Origin: Eledone cirrhosa
Lineage: Eukaryota
DNA: 64,000 bases
Direction of reading: 5' to 3'
NCBI GenBank assembly: GCA_964016885.1
Contig: CAXHJY010000384.1
Span: 1 to 64,000, forward strand
Of the stretch, positions 13,031 through 25,302 are shown one piece after another; position 1 is the stretch's first letter, and the number at the start of each line of letters is the position of its first letter. Position numbers and translations under genes: made by a program. The notes beneath the pieces were generated by a model. It did not search any database and was not told the DNA's origin. It was given only the letters and a program-made list of their open reading frames with translations.

Positions 13031-13364
13031 CTTTGGCCAGCTTTTCAGTAAGGTGTAGCTGAGATATACCACCTAGCCATGGGTATAGAATCTGCCTCTC
13101 CCTTCCCAGTTTTTTAATTAATTTTTTTCCCTCTATTTTGATGTTTATAAATGTGAAATATTTGTAGAGATGTATTACTGATAGATGCAACTAGTCAGCA
13201 TAAAAATGTTAAAGTGAGGATAAAGATGATGAAATATAAAAGAAATATAAGACTTCTCTAAAGCCTGATGTTGAGTGCAAAATGAGACAGCAATTGGATG
13301 AAGTTTCAAATATCAGTATGCATGATATATATATATCAGTTTAATAATTTATCTCAATAATACT

Positions 13365-16300
13365 TGACGAAAGGGCAAGGCCCCCTCCTCTTTGTTGCGG
13401 CCGCGGATGGCCAACATAACCCCAACCCCATCTCCCCTCCCTGCGCCCCACCCACCAAACGCAATCCAAAACTTCAGAGTTGGTACCATGAATGTAGGCA
13501 CCTTAAAAGGCCGCTCTAACGACGTTGTAGAAATGCTTGAACGTAAGGAGGTTGATGTTTGCTGTATCCAAGGGACCAGGTGGAGGGGTGGGTCTGCTAG
13601 ATTCATTGTGGGTAAAAAACGATGCTATAAGCTTTTCTGGGTGGGAAATGACAATGGGCTGGGTGGGGTAGGAATCATGTTAGCAGAAAAATGGGTGGAT
13701 AAGATAATAGACGTAAATAGAGTGAATGACAGAATAATTAAAATAAGACTTGTTCTAAATAGAACTACTGTAACGGTAATATCTGCGTATGCGCCCCAAT
13801 CCGGACTGCCTGGCGCTATAAAAGACAGTTTCTATAAGACACTGATGCTCACTACCTCCCAAATAACCGACAGTGACTATATAATTATTGCTGGCGACCT
13901 AAATGGTCACGTTGGACAACATTGTGACGGCTATGATGGAATCCGCGGAGGCTATGGGTTTGGTACTAGAAATGAGGAAGGCTCCAGAATCCTGGAATTC
14001 TGTGACGCAAATAACCTAACTATCTGTAACACTAACTTCAAAAAACGAGACAATCACTTGATCACCTACAGATCAAGGGAACATACCAGCCAGGTAGATT
14101 ATATCCTTACCAGAAGACGTGACAGAGTGTCCGTTGTAAATACTAAATCCCTCCCCCATGAAGAATGCACCTCCCAACATAGACTGATAATTAGCGACCT
14201 CATAGTCAGGACGAGACGTACTCGACAGCAGAGGACTATCCTCAGGAGAAAAATATGGAAGCTAAAGGACCCCACAGCCAGAAATAAATTTCAAAGCATA
14301 TTACTTGATACTTTCGACAGTAAGGAAGAGCATTTAGAGTCGGACAATATAGAGGAACAGTGGGAATTCCTGAAAGCAAACCTGCTGATGGCGGCAGACG
14401 AAGTCTGTGGCTGGAGCAGGCCTATAGGCAGGAGGAGAGTAACATGGTGGTGGAACAGTAAGGTGGAGGAGTCAATTAAGGCCAAAAAGCAGGCTTGGAA
14501 AGTATGGCGGGATGGGGGAGGTAGAGAAGACTATCAAGTGGCCAGGAGGGAAGCTAGGAGACAAGTGTATTTCGCAAGAAGGGAAGCAGAGGTAAGAAAG
14601 GTCAAGCATGTTCTACAACGCGAGGACCAAAAACGTGAGGTGTTCAGGATTGCTAGGCAGTGTGTCAAGGAAAACCGTGATATTGTCGGGGAGAAGTGTG
14701 TACTTAATGATGATGGTGTACTTGCCATGACTGACGCTGATAAGAAGGTAGCTTGGAAGTGTCACTACGAAAGGCTACTAAATGAGGAGAATAAATGGGA
14801 GAAAGACAGTCTCCCCCACATCGACCCAATAGAGGGACCAGCAGTGTTAGTCGAAGGTAGTATAATAAATAAGGCAATGAAAGATATGAAGACGGGTAAG
14901 GCGGCTGGGCCTTCGGAAATAGTTGCTGAAATGCTGAAAGCTTCTGGAACGGTGGGACACACCATGGTCACTCGGATAGTAAACCAAGTCATACAGAATG
15001 GGGTTGTTCCGAAGGACTGGCGTAGCAGCATCATCATTAACTGCTAAAAGGGTAAAGGAGATGCCCTAGATAGGAGTAACTATAGAGGCATTAAATTAAT
15101 CAACCAGGTCATGAAGGTCACAGAAAAAGTAATAGCGCAACTAATCAGAGAGAGAATTGATCTAGATGAAATGCAGTTCGGGTTTGTGTCAGGCAAAAGT
15201 ACCACAGACGCTCTTTTCATTGTACGACAACTACAGGAGAAGTACCTAGCTAAAAGTAAACCCCTATACTTAGCTTTTGTCGACTTGGAGAAAGCCTTCG
15301 ACAGAGTCCCTCGTTCCATTATCTGGTGGGCTCTTAGAAAACTAGGTGTTGATGAATGGCTTGTGAGAGCTATACAAGCCATGTATAAAGAAACAGTCAG
15401 CAAAGTTAGAATTAACAACGAATATAGTGAAGAGTTTAGCGTAAAAGTTGGTGTTCATCAGGGCTCCGTTCTTAGCCCCCTACTATTTATTATTGCCCTT
15501 CAGGCTATAACAGTGGAGTTCAAGACCGGCTGCCCATGGGAACTCCTATATGCAGATGATCTAACGCTCATAGCTGAATCAATGGCCGAACTAGAGAAGA
15601 AATTCCAAACATGGAAGCATGGCCTAGAATCAAAAGGCCTTAAAATTAACCTGTCTAAGACTAAAGTTCTAGTTTGTAGGAAGGAAAATAGGGTGCCGGT
15701 CCCATCCGGGAAATGGCCATGCTCAGTGTGTAGGAAAGGAGTAGGTAGAAACTCCATTTTATGTCCCAAATGCAAAGTATGGGTGCATAAAAGATGTAGT
15801 GGGATCACAGGTAAGCTAACTAAGAACATAGATTTTATATGTGGCCAGTGCTCTGGTGCAATAAGTAGCAGCAAGTGCCCACAGAATACTAGCTCTTTCA
15901 ATTGCACAGATGGTTCTATAGAAATAGTGGACAGCTTCCGTTACCTGGGTGACAAAATCAGCAGTGGGGGGAGGGTGCTCTGAAAGTACAGTAGCTAGAG
16001 TCAGAACTGGATGGAAAAAGTTCAGAGAGCTTATACCACTATTAGCCGCTAAAGGGTTCTCCCTAAAAATGAAAGGCAGGCTGTATGATGCCTGCATACG
16101 AACAGCAATGTTGCATGGCAGTGAAACCTGGGCATTGTGTGCAGAGGATATACGCAGACTAGAGAGGAATGAAGCTTGCATGCTCCGCTGGATGTGTAAT
16201 AGTAATATACGTGAACGGCAAAGCATAAACGAACTAAGGGAAAAATTAGAAATAAGAGGGATCAGATGTTGTTTACTCAAGAGAAGGCTATGTTGGTATG

Positions 16301-16890
16301 GTCACGTGATGCGCATGAAAGACGACAGCTGTATAAAAAAGTGCAGGGCAATAAAAATAGACGGTAGCCACGGAGTAGGCAGACCCAGAAAAACCCGGGA
16401 CGACTTGATAAATTCCGACCTCACACACTTACACCTCTCCAAGACAATGTCACTGGACCGAGACCTTTGGCGGTACTCAGTAATAGAGAAGACCCGCCTT
16501 ACCTAAATACAAAGTAAAACCTACTACAGTCAGTAGGCATCTCTAACAAAATACACCCCCGTCCCACCACCCCCACCGCCCATTTCAATGTAAAGTTATG
16601 TTGGTGCCACAACATCCAGGCCGAAACAAATGAGGTTGTGTAGGTGTCACGACAAAAAAACACACAGTCCACGCTGTAATGTGGCCGTGTAGGTAACACG
16701 GTAAAAACCTCCCAGTTCCACACTGTAAATGTGGTTGTTGTTAGGAAGGGCATCCAGCCGTAGAAAACCCACCAGACAGTCCTATGCGAGCAAGACAACC
16801 ACTCTTGCCTCACGTGGGAAAACTCCCGTCCAAACCCATGCAAGCATGGAATATGGACGTTAAACGATGATGATGATGATGATGATGATG
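13365..16890 (+). mobile_element. Near full-length RTE-clade LINE (subfamily B): APE + RT + PHD-type insert, ~350-nt 3' UTR, (ATG)n tail
   Basis: APE motifs GTMNVGTL, AGDLNGHVG, QVDYIL; RT motifs AFVDLEKAFD, GVHQGSVLSP, YADD; C-terminal WYGHVMRM/GRPRKT. Broken by TAA at 15045-15047 and a frameshift in the G-run near 15966-15975. Confidence 0.95.
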
Positions 16891-17257
16891 AACTAGTAAA
16901 TTGAGAAACAAGTAAAAAGAACAGCTCTCTCTAGTTGCGAAACATTGATATAGATATAAAGTGAAGGTCGTTGAGAAAATCAATTACAGCAATTATCTAT
17001 CAAATCAGAAATATTTTGTAGTTGATTTTATACATTGTGCACATGGCTTTAAGTGACTTAAAATCGGTCAGCAGATGTCAAGTGATTTACAACTTTCAGT
17101 AAATAATAAATAAGTCATGGAAGAGAAACATGTCTAGTAATAACAGAGAAAAAAGGTTTGTAAATAAAATAGAAGCAGAATAATACATCTATCAAAAAAC
17201 AATCTATGCTGATTATAAACTCTGGCCAAAGGTGAATGAAATATAATAATGTCTTAC

Positions 17258-17318
17258 CTTGAGAGTGAAAGCTATGCTGCATTTCATCTGCTGGAGTGCC
17301 AGGCAATGATCGAGCTCT
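17258..17318 (-). CDS. FAM107B: Upstream coding exon of the FAM107-family gene (RARSLPGTPADEMQHSFHSQ)
   Basis: Polypyrimidine tract ctcctttttgtgtctctgtAG and donor CAAG|GTAAGA. 61 nt; the phase-1 end joins exon 8478 in frame (G+AA = Glu) with no stop. Confidence 0.72.
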
Positions 17319-18974
17319 CTACAGAGACACAAAAAGGAGATAAAATTAAATATTACAACATATATTTACAGGAACATATACAGAGGTAAATCAATGTAGG
17401 ATTGGTGAATTGGAACACAGCAGTTATCTGGTTTTCACCAAGCCGTTTCCTTACTAAATCTTAAGTAGAGACACTCATACTAACTTTATCTCCTGTCATG
17501 TTCAATCAATGGCTTGTTTTCTAATTCTGATTATTTCAAGATGAACAGAGGCAATATATATAAGAATAAAAATTTCCCAGAATCTGGAGCAAAACTAGAA
17601 AACAGGATTTCCGTGAAATATATTGTGATATTAAGTTTCCATAAAAAGAAATTCAACAATGATGAAAATTTAAATATTGACATTCATTGGTGTGTTAATT
17701 GTAATGAGGAGAATAAAAGTAGTTTGGTAAGACATTTATGAATTGTATTCCAGCGGAAATGATGTTAGCTATAGATGATACTTGATAGCTAAGAATTTTG
17801 TGCTCACCATAGCCTTGAAAAATCCTTACACTAGACTTCAGAGCTTTAAAACAATTTTTATGTTATGGTAAAACATATTTAACGCCATTAACATATTTCT
17901 AACAGAAGACATTGTTAATGGTTTTCAGATAAGTTTGAAAATAATCAAGAGAGATTTAGTAATATAACTTTCTCATTATTAAGCTGGTGTTTGGGACAAT
18001 AATTTAAAAGTTCTTGCATAAATAATGGAAAATTTTAAAATAAATAGTTTTATATCATAGTACCAGGAGTATTTTCATGTGGTTTTCTATTAAAAGGGTT
18101 AATAAATATTTCAGTGATATGTTGATAGTGTTGTATGATTCTGAGAAAAAGTAACATTTGTTTTTATTATTAAATTTTTAGAACTTTTTTTATACAAAAC
18201 CACTTGAAACTGCCCTTGATTCTACAATACTTTGCTGTTTATTTTAAAGTATTTATTTATCTAAAAAACTTACCAACATAATGTTATGTAAGAAGCTTAA
18301 TTCAGAGAAAATATTATTAAATATTATTAAAATATTATTAAATCTCTATAAATTCATTATTTTCAAAATGATTTGAAACTAACAGACTGTTTTTCATTAG
18401 AAATATGGTAACAAAAACATTGAAACAGTTGGAGATTTTTTTTCACCTCTAACATTATACACTGTGCCATTATACATTGCAACCTCTAGATATTTTAACT
18501 TTATCCCTTATCTTGCAAGTAATTATTAATTATGAGCATGGAATTATTTGATTTCCAAACAGAAATATTGGCAATGGGAATTAAAAAATATATAAAAGAA
18601 ATTATGGTTCATATACAGAGATCTAGTTTATAATTTGAAACATATCCCATGTAGTCTGGTTTATTTCCTTCATACCTCCCTGCCAACCATAGTGTTTCAT
18701 GAAACACTCTTATGATACCAGTAACTGAATTTGGTTTCTGAAATGTCACTAGAACCCACGAATCCTCAAAGTTTAGACACCCATAGAGAAAATGTTTGCT
18801 GTAAATTAAGCAAAAAACCATGTTATGTACAAGGCATAATTAAAAGGTCATTTTCCCACAGCTGGAAATCAAGGAAATCATTATTTAAACTTTCTGTGAA
18901 CTGTCAATACAATGAAAATACAGTGAAAATACAAACTCCTTAAATGATAAGTTTTTTATACTGATCTAAATGCA

Positions 18975-19169
18975 TGAGGGTTGGTTGAAAAGTTCATAGG
19001 CTGATTATGAAGGAATGATGCTAGAGCCATGAAATCTTGCATGCATTAATTTCAACTCTTCTTAATAACTGCATCGTTTCTTTCTAGGGACTATGTTGAA
19101 AAATAAACCTCATTTCATCATTTCATGAGAGTGTCTTGGTTAGCCGATGAACCTTTCAACCAAACCTTG
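18975..19169. mobile_element. Tc1/mariner-type MITE (other copies ~34828-35013 and 54629-54785)
   Basis: ~30-bp TIR GAGGGTTGG(T/C)TGAAAAGTTCATAGGCTGA; three homologous copies. Confidence 0.7.
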
Positions 19170-19200
19170 TATATTGAATTTAAAACACACATAGCACCAT

Positions 19201-21186
19201 ATCATCATCATCATTTTACATCCGCTTTTCCCTGCTTGCAAGGGTGGGACGGGTCTTATTCAGCACAGCATCTCTCCACTTGTCACGTTCCTTCGTCATC
19301 TGCACCATGAGCTTCAGCGATCTGAGGTCTGTTCTCACCACTTCCGCCCATGTTTTTCGTGGTCTACCTCTACCACGTCTTCCTTCAACTGGCATTTCCT
19401 GGCACTTCTCCACTCACCGGTCATCCTCCATGCACATCACATGTCCATACCACCGCAGTCTCCTCTCTCGCACACTACATTCTATCCCTCTGAGACACAG
19501 TTTCTCTCTGGGTCATTCACGCACATCCAATGGAGCATGCTTGCCTCATTTCTCTCCAGCCGTCGCATATCCTCTGCAGTTCCTGCCCATGTCTCACTAC
19601 CATGCAGCATCGTGCTCCCCACACAGGCATCATATAACCGGCCTTTTGTACGCAGGGAGAAACCCTTCTTCGTCAGCAGAGGAAGCAGCTCCCTAAACTT
19701 CTTCCAACCCGTCATTCTAGATACTATGGCCTCGGAACACCACCCTCTCATGCTAATCTGATCTCCTATGTACCGGAAGCTATCCACCACTTCTATAGCA
19801 CCCGCCTGCATTTGAAAAATGTGTCTATCAATGCGACTTCTACTGTCTAATTTCCCTGTACATCTACTGCATACGTATTTCTCCCTACCTGTTAGTTTGC
19901 CTGCTATCCCACTACATCTCTTATGTACCCAGGATCTGCATTGTGTGCATTTTGTAGAATTTATGCAAGTTCCCTTTCTGCATATCGAACATGGTCATTT
20001 CCCTGACGGAATCAGAGTTTTGTCCTCTTTTCTACTCATCAACACTTTTGTCTTAGCTAGGTTCACTCTCAGTCCTCTTGCTTCCAACTGCTGTTTCCAT
20101 AGCCAGAATTTATTCTCTAGCTCCTCTACTGATTCTGCTATAACAACCAGATCGTCAGCATAGGGAAGTTCCTATGGACAGCCAGTCTTAAACTCCTCTG
20201 TTATGGCTTGGAGGACTATAATTAACAAGAGTGGGCTGAGCACTTGATGTACTCCTACTTGTATCTGGAATTCCTCACTAAACTCCATTCCTACCCTGAT
20301 TTTACTGACAGTACCTCTGTACAAAATTTGCACTGTCCTCACAAGCCATTCCTCAACACCTAGCTTCCTGAGGGACCACCAAATGATAGATCGGGGTATC
20401 CTATCAAAAGCCTTCTCTAGGTCAACGAAGGTTAAGTATAGTGGCTTAATCTTCTCTAATAACTTCTCTTGTAATTGTCTCACCAAGAAGAAGGCATCTG
20501 TTGTACTTTTCCCAGGCACAAAACCAAACTGCATCTCATCTAGCTTGACCCTTTCTCTAATTATTTGTGCTAATATCCTTTCTGCCACTTTCATAACTTG
20601 ATCCATCAGTTTTATACCCTGATAATTGCTCCTCTCCAGAGCATCCTCTTTACCTTTGTAGCAATTTATGAGAATACTGCTGCACCAGTCTTTGGGTATG
20701 ACACCACCATATATAGCCTGATTGATGATGCATGCAACCAGTTTAGTGCCTATGTACCCTGATGCCTTCAGCATCTCAGCAACTATCCCCGACGGTCCAG
20801 CAGCCTTACCATTTTTCATTTCCTTAATCGCCTCTTGGACCCTATATTCATCAATCTCAATAACTGGTACCTCTGTCGGATCTACTGAGGTAATTTCTCT
20901 CTCTCCCATTCATTCTCCACATTCATCAGTCTCTCATAATGACATTTCCAGGCCTCCTTTTTCTGATCATTCGTGACACTAAGTACACCGGCATCATTCC
21001 AGACACATTTATCTCCAACAACATCCTGATTTGCATTGACACACTGCCTTGCAATGTGGAACACTGCACACCTCTGATCTTCCCGTCGCAGAACATTGGC
21101 AAACCTCCTACTCTCAGCTTCCCTGTGTGCACTTGACGTCTAGCTTCTCTCTTAGCTGTATATCCTTCTCTACTCCCACCCTTCAT
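19201..21186 (-). mobile_element. 5'-truncated RTE LINE (subfamily A), decayed
   Basis: Reverse complement closely matches 1182-2613; (CAT)n at 19201; several frameshifts and a small internal deletion near 19510. Confidence 0.93.
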
Positions 21187-21477
21187 TTTATCAGCTTTTT
21201 AGGGCTTTTTTGAGGCTAGCTGATTTTCCCGAAATTTAAAGGCATATTATGCACATAAAAGAAATTCATTTTCTTGATCCCCTAGGGCCCGCATTAGGTG
21301 AAAACCTGCATTTTTCCTGCTGCATCGAGGAAAATCTTAAAGATTATCCAGCCATCAGAGTATTCGGTTTATTTTCTTTACATATTGTCCAGGCATGCAG
21401 TTTTTCCACGATTAGGTCTGTTGGCAGCCCGCGTTCCAAAATACCTTATCCTGTGCAATGCCGGGTACCACTGCTAG
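21186..21477 (+). mobile_element. Helitron-like non-autonomous 3' end
   Basis: Ends cctgtgcaatgccggg-taccactg-CTAG|T: GC-rich subterminal hairpin, CTAG terminus, followed by T. Confidence 0.55.
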
Positions 21478-22518
21478 TCAATAATAAATTGAATTTGAGT
21501 ATTTAAAGTATGAATGTTACATAATAGTGAGACAGACGGTATTGAATGTGAAAGATCTACAGAGCTTGGAAAGTAATAAGATAAACACGATATATTGAAT
21601 GTCATAGTATATGTGGAGTGGAATACAAATGAGTTCTTAAAGTAACCGAGTTGGTTTGCTATTGCAAGCCCCATGACAAGCTTCTTCATTTTGCTCTATT
21701 CTCTGCATCACCCTTCATCAATCCCTTTGTTTTCGTTTCCTTCTCCATCTTCTTTCATCATGCCTTCCTTGATTTTCCTTTCCCTTTACTTTCTTCTACA
21801 TTCAATTCTCTCTCCTCTCATCCAGTCAATTTAATCCTTCCTCAATACATTATGTAACCATCTCATTTCATTTCTATTCACAACATTCATCCATACTGTG
21901 TGTGTATGCAGTTAAGAATTGGTTCACTATATCTCTGCATGTCGTAAGAGGTGGCTAAAGAGGTTAGTGCCAGGAAGGACATTTGGCTGTAAAATATTGC
22001 CTCAAAAAAGAACACAGTAATGAGTATGAAGTATTTGTAACAAAAGTGATATGAGATGGCAGTGAGACAGGAAGCACTGAATACAGAAGATGTGCAGTGG
22101 CTGGAAACAAATGAAGTAAGTATATATTAGATATGTAATGACAGCCATTATGGACTGTAGAATACAAGTGAGCTGAAAGTGGTTGGTTATTAATAACAGC
22201 AACTGATATATATAAGAGGGATGATTGTGATAGTGCGAATATGTGATGTGAATGTATTATGAGTAGTGGCTTCATAGTGTTATGTGACATCAGAAGAGTG
22301 GAGTACCTATTTCAAACAGACTGAAGAAGGAAGGAATGGTGAGGTGGGATTGCAAGATGTTAGGAAACATCGACAAGATGATGAAAAAGTAGTCTGCTCT
22401 ACAGCAGATCCATCCAATTTATGTCAGCATGAAAAAAAGTGCAGCCATTTAAATGTTTGTTGGAGATAAATATAACTGAACAAAAAAAAAAAACCCACAA
22501 ATTATTTTATTTGTTATA

Positions 22519-24062
22519 CAGTGCAACTTCGCTTATCCAAAATTCGATTTACCGGACGACTATTTCTATACTACAAACAATGTGTATTTGAAGGTTGTTT
22601 ATGAAGGTTTATGTTTATCTGAAGGTTTATGAAGTTTATAGAAAACGCGCCTAGTGCCGGTTGGCTACTTGTGCCTAGCCGTCACACGCAGCTAACACTT
22701 GGCGTGTATTGATTTCTTTTATTTGAACAATAATTGCCGGCTACACTCCGGATCAAATTTTCAACGCCAATGAGACAGGCCTTTGCTTCCGACTTCTCCC
22801 TTCGCGTACACTAGCTGCTGCCCTCGAAAAAGACCCCGAAGGAATGAAAAAACCGAAAGACCGGGTAACCATTTCTGCCTGCATGAATGCTTCCGGGACA
22901 ATCAAACTTCTACTTCTCTTCATTGGAAAAGCGAAGCGGCCAAGATGTTTTGCGGGAATCAACATGGAGAACTTGCCGGTCACCTATCGAAACTCGAAGA
23001 ATGCTTGGGTAACTCTAGAAACTTTTGTTCCGTTTTTCCGTTCTGCTTTGGCTAAGATGGGGGTGAAGACAAAAGTGATTCTTGTTTTGGACAATTGTGC
23101 AGCGCATTCAGATGAGGAGGACTTGATTTCGGCAGACGGACAGATTCGAGCAGCATTTCTTCCGGCAAACGTTACGTCACTTATTCAGCCAATGGACCAG
23201 AGAGTTTTGGAGACACTAAAGCGGATTTACAGAAAACAATTGCTGCAGGATTTGATCGGAAAAGGGGACACAGGAATGATTCCATTTTTACGTGCGATAA
23301 ACATGAGAGAGGTGATTGACCGTTCAGCTGTTGCGTGGGACTCAATAACTGAGGAAACTTTGCGTTGATCGTGGAAAAAATTGATGTCGGATGAGAACAA
23401 GGACAATGCGGAAGGAAACAAGGACAATTACAAAATTCCAATTACGGACGAAGCGCTTTTAACGGGTTTGACAGAAATTGCTGGCGAGAGTTCGGCGGAA
23501 GATTTGATTGAATGGTTTGAGAATGACGGGTTAGTATGAACATTTCGATGACATCGGAATTGTTGAACACGTAAGTCGAAAGGGGGATGACGAAGAAGAA
23601 GAGGAAGTTTTAGTCGAAAAAGTTGTCGAGAAACGCCCCGTGACGCATGCGGAAGCATATCATCATATAGACCGATTTTTAACATATTTGAGGTATGAGG
23701 GACTGGCAGATCCGGTTAGCACTGCGACATGTTTACGTTGGCGGGAAATGGTAGCAGAACGACGAGCTTTGGCGTGAAAACACTTCTATTTATTCATTTT
23801 TTTTAAAAGTACTAATTTTTTATGGTTTGACTCAATACAGTTTTACCAAGTTTTTAGTTATTCTTATGTTTGTTTAATTAATTTTCCTATAAATTCTAGC
23901 TGTTCTTTTGTTATTCTAATAAACTTTCTTTACTTAGCATTTGTCTTTTATTTTGACTAAAAGAAGCCAAAACATTAGAAACCACGGGATTTTAGAATTC
24001 ACTTATCCGGATCTTTTTCTAACTGTTTGGTTTTGACCGTCCGGATAAGCAAAGATGCACTG
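22519..24062 (+). mobile_element. Internally deleted pogo/Tigger DNA transposon with DDE_1 transposase remnant
   Basis: TIRs CAGTGCAACTTCGCTTATCC / GGATAAGCAAAGATGCACTG (18/20) with TA TSDs. Motifs QIFNANETG, KDRVT, NASG, LDNCAAH, FLPANVTSLIQPMDQ; stop at 23366; HTH region missing. Confidence 0.93.
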
Positions 24063-24810
24063 TATTACTTAACTTTCTGACATTTACAAAAATAGGTTTA
24101 ATAAATATATTTAGTAAATTATTCAAACAATTTTAATAAGTGACTTGTTTTCATAATTCTTCACCAATATTTCCTTTCATCACTATATTTCTGCCTACAA
24201 TTTTCGAATTTTTTTCAAAATATTGAAGAATTTTTTGCAGGATTAAGCTGGTGTTTGAAGCATAACTTAAAGGTTATTAGATAAAATTATGATGGAAGGT
24301 TTTCAGATAAATACAAACACTTCTAAATAAACAGTTTTCATCATAGAACAACACGCAATTTCAGATGGTTTGATATCAAAGGGTTAACTTTTCTTTTTAA
24401 TAGATGGAGTGGGACAATAATCTGATGAAGGGAGTTCTATTCAGTGTAAGTTGACACACAGAAAATGTTTCCTGAATGTACTGAAACTACTGGGAAGTGT
24501 TCAATTAATTAGCTACACTCCAATGAGATGTCAACACCACTTCTAACACATTTTGTTGTAAAATTAAGCATTAATGCCACTTAAATAACAGTTTCATGAA
24601 ATGCTATTGATGTCAGCAAAGATAGAAGGCTTGTTAAAAGGCCCAGTTTATTTACTTGAATAAAGTAAAATATATCATATATAAATCTGGGTGAGTAGGA
24701 TGGGAGAGTACAATACATGGGAATTCAAATAGTCAAGAGATGTGACTGATAGAGAGTTGTGTCAATATGTAAAAGACTGTTTTAACCCCCTTACATACTC
24801 TATTTCTATT

Positions 24811-25159
24811 TCATCATCATCATCATCATCATTTCATTTTACATCCACTTTTTCCCTGCTTGCAAGGGTGGGACGGGAACTGATTCTGGCTTGATTTCTA
24901 CAGCTGGATGCCTTTCCTAACACCAACCTCATTTACAGTGAGTGCTGGGTTCTTTTTTGCCGTGGCACCTCCACGACCACTTTGCAGTGGAATGATAGGG
25001 ACCCCAGTCCTATCATCTCATTTCTACAGCTGAGTAAACTGGAGCAATGTGAAATAAAGTGTCTTGCTCAAGGAAACAACACATCACCCGGTCTGAGAAT
25101 TGAACTCACAACCTTTTGATTGCAAGGCCAATGCTCTAACCACTAAGCCATGTGCCTCC
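24811..25159 (-). mobile_element. SINE family 2 copy
   Basis: Reverse complement of 32411-32742. Confidence 0.85.
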
Positions 25160-25302
25160 ACATTTAAAGATAATTTTAGAAATGATAAAAAAAATTGGAA
25201 GAGTTTATTGAAATAACTCATTATTAATCTTGTTTGAAACATAATTTAAAGTTCAGATATACAATTATAGGAGGTTTTTAGATAAATATAAACAGTTTTA
25301 AT

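Noticed and set aside
13365-13420. HDV-like ribozyme at the RTE 5' end
   Set aside because: Known in some RTEs, but I could not fold a nested double pseudoknot here; the 5' UTR is short and may be truncated.
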